A program made the translations under genes and the position numbers. From positions 121,830,001 to 121,894,000 of the forward strand of contig OX597816.1 of the NCBI GenBank assembly GCA_951406725.2: a stretch of DNA of 64,000 nt. Direction: 5' to 3'. The stretch's first letter is position 1, and the number at the start of each line of letters is the position of its first letter. Origin of the DNA: Octopus vulgaris. Lineage: Eukaryota. The notes below the pieces were generated by a model that had not been told where the DNA came from, ran no database searches, and was given only the letters and a program-made list of their open reading frames with translations. Below, one piece after another: positions 28,301 to 40,792 of the stretch.

Positions 28301-28451
28301 TATAAAACGGTTGCTGTGTATCTTAAAGTGATAATAGTAAGTCTAATTCCACAACTTCGGGTGGGTGGTCAATAAGAAGAAAAAAAATATTACCTGTCCA
28401 AGCATCCCAGCCCACCACCTCCCGTAAACAGTAGTCAATAACTAAACTTAC

Positions 28452-28603
28452 CTGTCATCACAGATGCTAATCACCCCATCTTCGTGGGGAATAAATACAG
28501 CCATGTTGACATTATCACTGTAACCTTCCAATTTGTTAACCAAAACGGGTTTTCGTACATTTCCTTGCTTACCAAGACTAACGGGCTTAATTTCAGCAGC
28601 CAT
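28452..28603 (-). CDS. WDFY2: WD repeat and FYVE domain-containing protein (WDFY1/2 family), coding exon 1
   Basis: Manual minus-strand translation from ATG at 28603: MAAEIKPVSLGKQGNVRKPVLVNKLEGYSDNVNMAVFIPHEDGVISICDD(R). This matches the WDFY2 N-terminus as I recall it (MAAEIQPKPLTRKPILLQRMEGSQEVVNMAVIVPKEEGVISVSEDR). The exon ends at a canonical AG|GTAAGT donor in phase 2. It is not in the ORF track. No exon 2 (GQYWP motif) was seen in 1-28451. Confidence 0.92.
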
Positions 28604-28613
28604 GTTATAGGTT

Positions 28614-28625
28614 TATCACGTGATA
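28614..28625. promoter_or_regulatory. Palindromic E-box TATCACGTGATA (MiT-TFE CLEAR-like, SREBP or USF site) just upstream of the WDFY2 ATG
   Basis: 12-bp perfect palindrome 10 nt upstream of the start codon. CCAAT boxes lie further upstream at 28909-28913 and 28942-28946. Confidence 0.5.
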
Positions 28626-30804
28626 CCTGAGTACCAGTTAAATAGCGAGCGAGTGATAAATAAAGAGAGACAGAGAGAGAAAAAAAGAGACAGACAGAAA
28701 GAGAGATAGAGAGAGGACGGATAAATAGAAAGGCAGAGAAAGTGATACACAAAAAGGGAAAGACAAAGAGATTGAAAAATAAACAGAAACACAGACAGAC
28801 AGATGACAGAGACAGCCAGAGAACGAGCACACTCCTTTGATTACTAACTACTGTTATCTCCTTTCTTCTTTCTATTTAAGTATCTCATACATTCACAGAC
28901 ACTGTCTGATTGGATGTTGATGCATTTCGTATACGCTACAACCAATTTTGCTTTTGTCAGATTGCCCTATGGTTCTTATCTAACTTTATAATTATCACTG
29001 GATTGTATTAAATTAAATATTACTAAATTTTCTAAATTTAGTTCCCCTCCACAAAGCTTTATTTTTTTTTTCGCCTTCCATACTTCCGAGGCATATACTG
29101 GAGACGATTTAAACAAGGATATCCTTCCTCCAAATAGATTAATGGTCTTGAGTCAATGTGAGAAATATTTATTATGTCGTTCGTCGTGATTACTGTGTTT
29201 TTGTCTGCGATTGAAACTGGCGATCCGGTTTCGATACTTGATTAAAACGAATTTATTTACGCCACAATTACATTCATGAGGAGAAAATCATTAATGTCAC
29301 AACATCTCATTTTTCATACATTCGAGCTTCCCAGTGTTTATCAAAAGACAATTATTATTCGAATATACAACAGTGAAAATATTGACTCCTAAACAACCTA
29401 ACACTTGATACAACTCAATAAAATGGCTACGTTTTATTTACTTCCGGGATACTGGGTTTCACTTATAGCTGATAATGTCTTTATCTTTTAGCTCTTGTTA
29501 TTGCAGTATTTTTATTGGTTTCTGTTGTTCTTTGTTGTTGTTGTTTTAGTAAACAACGTTGTATTCTAAATGTAAATATTTAACATTACAACAAAATGTT
29601 ACATTTTTAAGGTAGAACAGGAATGGGCTGTTGTGATGTTTATGCACGCCCCCCCTCCCCAAATCAGCACTATAAATGATGGAAATGGAGACGACTATTG
29701 CACCAAGTCATCTATTATTTAATTCTTCTTCTACTTCTTCTTCTTCTTAGATGATATCATCACAGCTGAAACAGAAATCACTGGCTAATATGGCTAAGGT
29801 ATCTAAGAAATACATTGTATTTCTTAATGTAAATTTAGGAGTTTGTTCCTATATAAACCATTGGATCTTGGATATTATAAGAATTGGAAAATTGTGATGT
29901 TTCTGCATGTTCTGGTACAATGGAGGGTAGATCTAGTGAGATAGTTACTCAGAGACATCTTGGTCCTGGTGAACTATTAATGGTCGATAACAAAGTTTTA
30001 GTGATCTACAACTAGCTTTATAAGATCAATGAAATCACTCGTTTCAATTTCAAAATTTATAGAAAAGGCAGTCTAAAATCAAAGTTAATTAAAAGTAAAT
30101 TTATGTACATCAAATTATACAATGCATAATCAATTTCTTTATTTAAAATATGTCCTACTGTGTAATGTACAGTAAATTTACAGTTGGTAGTCCATGAAGT
30201 TTTCTACCAGAATTTTGAGGACTTCTTTCTGAAAAAAATGTAATATCATTGGTGTAAATGTTAGGAGCTGAGACAAGTGAAAGTATGTGGTGTACAAGAA
30301 GTTGTGTAATTCCAGATAAGCCCAGATTGAACAGACCTATGGCAGACCTGTTATGTTAGAAAGTGTTAATGATAAATTCCTGTGGAGAAAAAAAAAAATC
30401 TGTCATTCTGTGGAAAAGGGATAGTAAAAGTGTGTGTATGTGCAATAGAGAGAGAGATGGGGGAAGGAGGGATTCAAATAAATGCTAGTGGTACAAGCAT
30501 ACTTTCATTCATACACACATACAAGCACTCTTGGTACACACACAGATGACAATTAGTTGTATGTATGAAAGTGTGGTGTGTATGTGTGCATGCCATTAAT
30601 GTTCAAATGTGTGCATCTATCAGTAATGTTTGACTTTCTCTCCCCCTATTCGACAGATGATTTAATGTATGCATCTTAGAACAAGTCATTGTTGTGAAGA
30701 TTGAATATCTATCTATTCTAATAGAGGCAGATTAATAACCATGTTTCTTACTTCCTTTATGAAATGTGTGTAAGGGGATGTCTTGGATACAGAATTTTTC
30801 CAAC

Positions 30805-31236
30805 TGTTCGAGCGTGATTGTTGCCGGGACTGCTGACTGGCTCCTGTGCCGGTGGCACGTAAAATGCACCATTTGAGCGTGATCATTGGCAGCGTCACCT
30901 GACTGGCTCCTGTGTTGGTGGCACGTAAAAAAAAACCCATTTGAGTGTGGTCATTGCCAGTGCTGCCGGACTGGCTCCCATGCAGGTGGCATGTAAAAAG
31001 CACCATTTGAGCATGGTCAATGCCAGTACCACCTGATTGGCCCTCATACTGATGGCGTGTAAAAGCACCCACTACACTCTTGGAGTGGTTGGCGTTAGGA
31101 AGGGCATCCAGCTGTAGAAACTTTGCCAGATCAGATTGGAACTTGGTGCAGCCTTCTGGCTTGCCAGCCCTCAGTCAAACCATCCAACCCATGCCAGCAT
31201 GGAAAGCAGATGTTAAACAATAATGATGATGATGAT
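30805..31236 (+). mobile_element. RTE 3' UTR fragment with tandem ~60-bp units
   Basis: Repeated gactggctcctgtgccggtggcacgtaaaa units, terminal hairpin and (GAT)n tail. Confidence 0.8.
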
Positions 31237-32874
31237 CTATATAGTTATAACCATGTTCCTAACTTTCTTTGTAAAATATGAGTAACTTTATATCTTAAAT
31301 ATGGAGTTTTTCAAATTATCTATATTTTGGTTTCAACTTTGGTTCAATGCCAACAAGTTATATCAAGTGCTTCTTAAATATGTTTATTACCGAAACCGAG
31401 TTTCATATGTATGCTGGACAATGGTCTTAGAGCTTAACTGAGAATTGAACTGAAAGCAGTAGAGAAGAAACAGGGAAATATTAGTAAATTAAAGGACTAG
31501 GTGAGATACACAAATCTGTTACTCCAGATATTCTACACTTTTGTTTAACTGTAGACTATACTGTGCATTGTAGGGTTTTTGCATGACAGTTTGGAAATGT
31601 ACTTTTTCAGTATTCAGTTTACTTCTGCTGTTGTTTGACTTCAGATCAATATTGAGAGAGAAAACTTTTGGTTATAAATATCCCATATTTTTTATATAAC
31701 TCTCTATATATTAATAACCATGTTCCTAACTTTCTTCATAAAAAGTGTGTAACAGTATATCCTGGATACAGGTGTTACTAACTATATAATTCTATTACGT
31801 GTGATTTGAGGAAAATGTTACCTGCTATTTCTAACAGAGCTAGTGATTGCATAGCTTCTCTGTTTTTATTTCATACAGGCTTGCTCAAAGAAAAGTTGCC
31901 ACTAGTTACTTTTGAAGTCTTTGAAATCACATGTCAGTTTACCTGGAAATAAACAATGCAGTTATTAATAAGAAAAGTTGAAAGTAGTTGTTTTTTTTTT
32001 TTTTAAGTTGCATTATTGTAGCTTGCTCATTGGTAAGAGAGAATAAAGCTTTTGCAAGAGGTCAGAAAGTGCTCAAAGATAAAAGTACTTTTAATAACTG
32101 ATGATGTGGATTCAACAATGGGAAGAATGCTATATTTTACAGGTTGTTAAGTTACTATAGGGTATTAAATGTTATATTTGCTGGGGTTGAATGTGAACTT
32201 TGCTTTGTAAGTGCGCTATTATCTTATCATATTTTGACCCAGAGATCTTGATTGGTTACTGGTTGCAAATGATTATATTCTATTGATCAGGGAAAAGAAT
32301 ACAAAACAGAAATACATCTTGGTAATCTTACTTCCTCTTAGTAATAAAGCTGAGATATTTGAGGACATTATTCTATGGCTGATATATGTCACCTTATCAC
32401 TATGTCTCTCTCTCTCTCTCTCTCTCTCGCGCTCTCTCTCGCTATGTGGTGTCGGTTTCTCCCTCTGTTATCACTGTCTCTCTCTCTCTCTGTATATATC
32501 TCACCTTCACTCGCTTCCACAGGCTTAGCCAATACGCAGGATGAAAATATCAGCTAAGTCCTGTTCCTCTTTTCATTGTTTTTGCAAGTATCATCATCAC
32601 CATCAAGCCTTCTTATTATTATTGTTTCCCCATATATTAGCGTTATCGTTGTCTTTCGTCTCAAATGCTAGCTGAAGCATATAAACTTTCACTCACAAAA
32701 ACTTATTCACACGACCGCAAAAACATCTCGTCTCAAATCTGGTCTTTCTTTCTGTCGCTTAATTCTCTAACCCATCTTTTCCCAACTTCCACTCATAGAA
32801 ACTTATGCACACGATCACAAAGCATTCCATCTCAAATCCTGTCTTTCTTTCTGCCGCCTAAATCTCATCTTCTC

Positions 32875-33117
32875 CCAGTGCCTGGCCCCCGTAAAAGCAC
32901 CATCCGTTTGTGGCCGTTTGCCAGCTCTGTCTGGCCTCTGTGCAGGTGGCACGTAAAAAGCACCCACTCCACTCACGGAGTGGTTGCCGTTAGGAAGGGC
33001 ATCCAGCCGTAGAAACTCTGCCAGATCAGACTGGAGCCTGGAGCGGCCCCGGTTGAACCGTCCAACCCGTGCTAGCGCGGAAAACGGACGTTAAACGATG
33101 ATGATGATGATGATGAT
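32875..33117 (+). mobile_element. RTE 3' UTR fragment
   Basis: Same terminal sequence as 54000-54170, with (GAT)n tail. Confidence 0.8.
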
Positions 33118-33873
33118 TCATGCAACTCATCAGCTTGAATTGCTCAGTGTAATTCTGGTTGAATATAGACCAAAAATAATGTTTCTAATTGTTTGCTGCT
33201 GATTTGTTCCAGCACAAACAATGATGAGCTCAACTATAATGAGTCAGTGTGGGGTGGAAGCAGTATATTTTGATTCTATAACAAACATATTTTTACGCTA
33301 TTCCTAACTATTTGATACTTTTACTCTGTAGTAAACAATAATTTATCATTTAAACACATGACATTTGTTTGATAAAACAATATTCAAGTTTATTGTATTT
33401 TTATTTTAACATATTTATAATGCTTAGCACTGATAGTTTCAATAAATATGGTGAAGGATTCCTGAACAAAATATGGTGGAGAGGTTTTTTGAAGAAGAAA
33501 GAAAAAAACAAGGTTTTATTTTGCGTGTAATGAGAAACAAGTTGTTCAATCTTTTATAATTAAGGGGCCCTTTTTTAAAAAGAAGTTAGATAAAATAGAA
33601 AAATTCTGAACATCCTTGTATTGAAAATAATATTAGTGCTCATTTGCTTCAAGTTCAATGAACCAATGCTGAGTAGCAGGTGCTTCCTTAATTAATTGAT
33701 GTTGTAATTTGAGATGATCAGAAGCATCCCCATCAACTTTGTCATTGATATCATCATCATCACCACTTCTGTCATCATCGTTTTAAAATGGCTAGCATGT
33801 GTTTGGTGAGTCTTCTTTGACCCTACATTATCCTGTGTGATCAACTTAGCGATTGTTGCAGTCATTGTTATCT

Positions 33874-34100
33874 TTAACCCTTTAGCATTTAAATAGGCCA
33901 TATCCAGCCAAAATTTTCTACCTATTTTATGCTCAAACTGACCAGATATGGCCTCTCACACCAACCCTACAATATCATTCTAAAAATTAACAGTTAGCTC
34001 ATAAAATCTCCAAGTTACAAAATGCTGCATGATTAATTCAAAACAATGTTAATAAATAAGCAATACTTTTGACAGACTAATCTGAACCCTAAAGGGTTAA
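33874..34100. mobile_element. TTAA MITE, family 1 (reverse orientation)
   Basis: ttaaccctttagc...ctaaagggttaa; reverse complement of 18435-18661. Confidence 0.85.
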
Positions 34101-34693
34101 TGCTGCCTTGAAGTATATTTTCCCATGCCAGCAAGAATTAGATGGGTTAGCTATACAGAACACTATCACTTATCATTCTTTTATCAATTTATTTTCTGTG
34201 GGACTAAATGTTCTCAAATCTAAATTCATCCTTTCTTTCTACATCTCCCTCTTCCTTTGGAGCTGTCCACTTAGAGTTTCTTTTTTACTCAACTCATATC
34301 ATCTACAAGCAAAACGCCTCCCGTCCAATGGACGGTGCTGAGTTGTCAAACATTTAAACCAAATTTTCTCAAAACAACTTGTCCAACCGTCCCATAGGCC
34401 TCCCCTTTGAGAAACACTGATTTAACCTAAATTTGAGACACCAGCAAAAGAAGAAATAAAGATAGACTTTTTTCTATTCCAAGGAAAACGATTTTACAAA
34501 TGCACGTTCCCACGGCTTTATCGATCGCATTCTCACCTGGAATCGATTTTTGTAATTTTTTCAAGACTTATACATGCCCTGATATCGTCGGTATCTACAT
34601 ATCAAATTTGAATGCAAAATCGGATGGAGGATGCCTGAGATCCTAGAAGACACACACACACAGACAGAACGGATTTTATATAATATATATATA

Positions 34694-35985
34694 CGAGGGA
34701 CGTTCAATAAGTAATACCTCTACCCTACTTGCAGTTGTTTGATCTAGCTGTAATTTGGCATGTGCAATTATTTATATCTCTATAGATTGAGTGAGAAATT
34801 ACAGCTCTGAACTCACTGTGGTTTCTGATTTACAGGTGTTTGAACTGAGTCAAGTGTGAAATGAAGCCTGTTGAGTGTCGAGCAGTGATCCGGTTTTTGT
34901 AATTGAAAGGACGCACACCATGAGAGACTTTTGATGAAATGAAAGTAACTTATGGTGATGATGACCCATCATATGACCTTGTAAAACGCTGGCATCGTGA
35001 ATTCAAACATGGTCGGAACTCTGTGAAAACAGCTCTCAGATCTGGTCGCCTCCCTTCTGCCATTGATGAGGCATCTATCCGTCAAGTTGAGGCTGCCATT
35101 TTGGAAGATCGACGCATAACTATTCGCCAAATAGCCCATGAGGTCAAGATTAGTACCTGGTCTGTGGAAACTATCATTCATGACCATTTGCATATGCAAA
35201 AGGTGTCTGCCAGATGGATTTCCAGGTTGCTCACACCTTTCCAGAAGCAAGAACTCGTCGAGTGCTCGAGGGTGAATTTGGAGATGTGCCAAGAAGATGA
35301 GTCAAAATTTTTTAAAAGACTGATTACACAGGATGAAACCTGGGTCCATCACTATGATCCAGAGACCAAAGCCCAGTCAATGCAGTGGAAGCACCGTGAC
35401 TCACCTCTCCAAAGAAGAAAAGGGTGCAGCCCTCCACTGGATATGCCATGCTCACAGTCTTCTGGGACCAGGACGGAGTAGTGATGACAGATTTCCTGGC
35501 AAAGGGTACCACAATTACAGGAGCCTATTATGCTTCACGTTTGAGGAAATTAAGAGAAGCTATCAAAATCAAGAGGCGGGGCAAGATCAGCAAAGGCATC
35601 CTCCTCTTGCAGGACAACGCTCCGGTCCACAACTTGCTTGTCGCCAGATCAGAAGCACAGGCGTGCGGCTATGAACTCCTCCCCCATCCCTCCTACTCTC
35701 CTGACCTTGCACCCTCTGATTTTCACCTCTTCCCAGCCATGAAGTTGTTTTTGAAAGGAACGCGTTTCCCTGATGATGCAGCCTTGATTTCTGAAGTCAC
35801 GTCGTGGTTGGAGGAACAAGCTGGGGTCTTCTACAAAAATGGTCTCCAGAGCTGCATCAAACGATGAGAGAAATGCGTACCTCGGTGTGGTTCCTATGTA
35901 GAAAAAGACTAATAACTGTGCCAAGTTTCGTTGCTCTACTGCTATGGGAAGTGGGTCAGGGGCATTACTTATTGAACGCCCCTCG
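34694..35985 (+). mobile_element. Full-length mariner (DD34D) transposon with inactivated transposase
   Basis: TA-flanked TIRs cgagggacgttcaataagtaat / attacttattgaacgcccctcg, about 1.29 kb. Transposase starts at ATG 34861 with motifs WISRLL, TQDETW, LQDNA and SPDLAPSDFHLF. It has two early stops, a frameshift near 35410 and a TGA at 35865. Confidence 0.95.
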
Positions 35986-35999
35986 TATATGTATCATGT

Positions 36000-36560
36000 G
36001 TCCATGCCTGTGCAATTGTTGCTCTAGTATACTCTGTAACTGATACTTTTAATACAATCATTCATTTTACTTCTGCTGTGCTTTTCACACACCCATTGAG
36101 GTCATACATGCTTCCTCTATCTTCGACCTCAAAAGTGTTTTACATTTATTGTCCTTGTCTTGCTGCCATGTGGCATTACACTTTTCACATATGCTTCATA
36201 ATTGATGCCTTTTACACAGAGAGAACATTTTCCAAATCCTAATGCATTGCATTATAGTCACAAGAACTATAATGACTAGAAAAAGGTTTCATACGCAATC
36301 ACAGAATACTAAGTTTCTCTGTGAATTTACCACAAACACTAATCTTGCTCTCAACACTTTCATAGATGACTTGCACAACTTTCACAACAAGCCATTCTGC
36401 TTCACATACTTCCCCTAGTACCCACCAGACTAATCTATCAAAAATCTTCCCTAAGTCAACAAATATTAAAATGAATGGTGTATTATTAGCTAAGATATCA
36501 GTGTAATGTTCAATGTAAAATTATATAACACATCTCACACTCTCACCTCACTGATATACT
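36000..36560 (-). mobile_element. Old RTE reverse-transcriptase remnant
   Basis: Minus-strand translation IFVDLGKIFDRLVWWVL...EWLVVKVVQVIYE parallels AFVDMEKAFDRV..IWW...EWLVRAVRAMY in the RTE ORF at 52178. Confidence 0.55.
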
Positions 36561-37992
36561 CCCTGTGTTGTTTATAGTAGGTCTACAGACTGTGGATTTT
36601 CTAATCAAGTTTGTAATGGAATAAGGTCCAAATATATTGCACTCTTTGAGTATGCTCTATTGATGTAATGTATTCTAAAATCAGGTTGTATATTTTGTTG
36701 CCAGAAAGTATATTTTATAGTTAGGTAAAATTTTCTATAGATCAGTGAATGTTAGAATACTTATTGCAAGCAGAGTTACATATCTAAAGTAGGACCAAAT
36801 ATAAATACTAAGATAAATACTAGCAAGATTGATTTATTTTACATTTTTCCAGTAAGTAGAAGAGGCAACTCCATGCATATTTCTACCTTTTTCTGACTTC
36901 TTAGAAAAGTATAACTTCCTTGCTGCTGGTTGGATTTTATACATCAGTAACTATTCATATATTTTATTGCCTGGCAAATTAAAAATCTAAACTAAACTAA
37001 ATATGCAGCGATAAAAAATATCAGTCAATGACAATTATTATTATTATCAATTTCTTCATTTTGCTTGTAAAATTTTGCTTTACCTAGTTTCCTTAGCAAA
37101 ATATAGCAGGTTAGATCAGAAGTGAATGAATCACTAAAGTAAATCACAGACATGCATGCACACATGCATGTGCATGCACCCCACCCCCACCCCACACCCA
37201 TACACGTTTGTAGCACAAATACTTTATTAATATTTTCTCTTCAAGTATATTTTTAGTTTGGGTCTTTAACATTCCATGCATTATATATGCTGGTTTTCTC
37301 TTATCTATTGATTTTAATTTGGATTAAATATCCACAACCCATGCTAGCATGGAAAACAGACGTTAAACGATGATGATGATGAGGAGGAGGAGGAGGAGGT
37401 ATCAGGGATAATTTCATGTGTTTGAAATGCCTATCAAATATAGATCATCTGCTGATGATCTTCCAGAATCTTCAGATTATTCAGTAGCTACTCTATTCAA
37501 TAACAGGACCTTGACTCCCTGATTACTGTTCTTTAATCCAGGATGTTATCCTTGATCAGACAGCCCTATGGTCACAGACATTATAGTCATGACCATCCCG
37601 CCTTTTTATATATCAGAGATGATATCATTTTCATCCTTCCTTTCTTTTAAGGTGGTAAAGTATGATTTGAGGGAGATTTGGCAATAGCTACTAGCAAGCT
37701 TCATTAAACACATAGAGGCCTCCCCAATGAATCCCTGGTTATTAAATAAGCCAATCTATGAGATGAGTCACTGAGGAAACATCTGCAAAGTCAGTAACCA
37801 ACATATGATTTGGGCATGGGTATTAGGAAAGTGTCTTCTACCATACTTTGATACTTTGATACTTTGATAGGTTTCGGCCATTATTGGCCCAGGCCATGTC
37901 TAACTTAATAGCACCACCTGGTAGCCTAGGATTATTTTATATACTGTCTGTGTGTGTATGTATATAAATATAAAACATGTGTGTGTAACATC

Positions 37993-38950
37993 TATACATG
38001 GTGCATCATTTCTTCGAGGTCATTTATATGAATTTAGAAAAATATGCAGAGCTAATCAAAGAAAAGATGTATTTGAATACAAATTGGTACAAATAATCTT
38101 GAGAATCCTCTTATCACACCTATTCAAAGAGTTCACTGTTAGCGTCAATAGCTGCTTCAATACATGTCGGTGGTATTGACATGTCCAAATCTCATTATCA
38201 TTATCAATTTCCTACATAGTGCTAGTTATGGTGGACTTGAGAGATTTATGGTGTTATGGGGTTGTTGATTGACCTCTCTTTCTTGACTACATGCTTTATG
38301 CAATAGGTCAATGGATTGAGATCAGGTAAGTAAGGAGGACATGTGTTTGGGAGAACAAGCTCATGAATATTGGCACACATCCACATTTGGGTTGCCCTAG
38401 CTATATGAGATGGGCCAATGTCTTGTTAGAAAACAAATGGTCTTTCATTGTGTACTCTGTCTATCCAGGGCTTTACAACTTTCTCCAACACCTCTGTGTT
38501 GATACTGACATTGCCTTTTAACCCATGGAAAAAAAAAAGTGAGGAGGCATGACATATCCTTCATTGCTGATGACTCCATGAACCATCACAGTTGCTCGGA
38601 ACTTTCTATGCATGACCATTGGAACCTTGTTCTGGTTTCTGCATAACCATCTGTTATTCCTTCAGTAAACCTTTTGTTTGGCCCTGATCGAAGTTTTTCT
38701 CAAAAAAAAAAACAAAAAACAGAACACAAAACAGCTTCTTAGTGTTTTAACTTATTTGGCAAGTACCTTTTACAGCTCAAATGATTTTCTCTAGTCACAT
38801 CTGATATAAACAGACCCCTCCATTGCTTAATAAATACATGATGTAAAAGTAACAAAAATAAAACGAAAAAAGAAGATACAACGTATAATGGAAAATATTG
38901 CAATTCTAACTAAGAGATAAAAAATCTCTGAATCACTCTGTGAAAAACAC
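37993..38950 (-). mobile_element. Highly degenerate Tc1/mariner-like remnant
   Basis: Minus-strand remnant LPDLNPL(T)Y and a TA-catggtg terminus. Boundaries are approximate. Confidence 0.45.
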
Positions 38951-39624
38951 AACACCATGAAAATCAATACACTGTGATACTATCCAGTGGAAATAAAAAT
39001 AAGAAGGTAAAAAAGAGAAAAAAGATACACGATTGGTTATTGTAAATCTATTGAAGAAACTGATGTATAATTTTATGATATTTTGCAAAGAGGTGTGTGT
39101 GTATATCTATGTATTTGATGTATTAATTTCAGGATGCCTAAGAATAAGTTACATCTTTACATGCAATACTTCAGGCAAAAATATAATACTTTTTGGTTTA
39201 GTGAGATCCTTAAAAGTAGGAGAGCAATCGGGAGAACATCTTTAGACATTCGTGTTTATCAAACAAGATGCAAGGATGCCCAAATATCGTTCGCGATCCT
39301 TTTATATGGATTTATGAACGATTCATGACGTAGATAACTTTTCTATTGTAAATTACTGAGAACAAAACATTGAGAGTTGTCTCCCATATTTGTTGACTTC
39401 AAATCCTCGAATATTGCAGTTATTTATTAATAGTATATTTATGCTTTCTTTACCTTTTATTTTAACATTCTGCGCTTTAAACCAGTTAATATAAATTGAT
39501 GGAAATATAAATCTTTGGCATTAATCATTCACATACATGCATACATACATACATACATACATACATACATACATACATACATACATACATACAAGTTTAG
39601 GTTTATACCTGTAATTACTGGGAC

Positions 39625-39777
39625 ACTGGGATATGTAACACACTGCCTAAATAGCAATGTTGAGAAATTAAGCTTCTCAAAACCAGAAAGGAGAAAGCTG
39701 GTTCGAAAACTACAGATCCAATCCATCACCAGAGCTATAAGAACCTGTAAAACTTAACAGAAGTTTATCATACACAA

Positions 39778-39844
<67 letters not shown>

Positions 39845-40557
39845 TACATACATACATACATACATACACGCATATATATGTAAGTATATTTGTTTGTGTA
39901 TGTGTGTGTAGTTGTTTTTAGTAATTTACATTTAAAATCAAAACACTTCTTGCCTCTAAACAAACTGTTTCTTTCTTCCCTCTTTTTCTCTCTTTCTCTT
40001 TCTTTCCCTTTATATGTCTGCCCTTCCTTTCAACTCATATTTTATGAGTAGTTGGAAAAGATACGATTTAAATATTCCATTACTCATTTCTAGGTCTTGG
40101 TATTATATTTCATATTTCACAATCTTGAATGTAGATATGTATAAGATTAGCTTTTATATGACTGCTTAACTTCAGAAAATCTTAGATAATCTTACATTTC
40201 CTATACTGTGGTCTTTCTGTCTCCCTCTTCCACTTTCTGTAATTTGCAGATGTATACATCTTTCTTAAATAAACACACCAGCATAAACACACACACACAC
40301 ACATGCATACACCTACATTTGCCCACATACAAATTCTGTAAGCACATATATAACTATTATATATATATATATATATATAAGAAAATAGTAAAGTGTGAAA
40401 AAACTTTGGCATTACTGGGATATGTAACACACTGCCTAAATAGCAATGTTGAGAAATTAAGCTTCTCAAAACCAGAAAGGAGAAAGCTGGTTCAAAAACT
40501 ACAGATCCAATCCATCACCAGAGCTATAAGAACCTGTAAAACTTAACAGAAGTTTAT

Positions 40558-40615
<58 letters not shown>

Positions 40616-40645
40616 TACATACATACATACATACATACACGCATA

Positions 40646-40655
<10 letters not shown>
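39625..40655 (+). repeat. Direct duplication of a LINE C-terminal fragment plus compound microsatellite (copies start at 39625 and 40414)
   Basis: About 150 bp near-identical, encoding LGYVTHCLNSNVEKLSFSKPERRKLV(R/Q)KLQIQSITRAIRTCKT. Each copy is followed by (CA)n(TACA)n-cacgcatatatatgta. Confidence 0.85.
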
Positions 40656-40686
<31 letters not shown>

Positions 40687-40741
40687 TTGTATATATACTA
40701 GTTATATACATACTTTAATAACAATAATCTTAATAGTAGTA

Positions 40742-40790
<49 letters not shown>

Positions 40791-40792
<2 letters not shown>

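Noticed and set aside
1-28451. WDFY2 exon 2 or a nested protein-coding gene
   Set aside because: A by-eye scan found no sequence encoding the conserved GQYWP motif and no other recognisable exon. A short divergent exon could have been missed.
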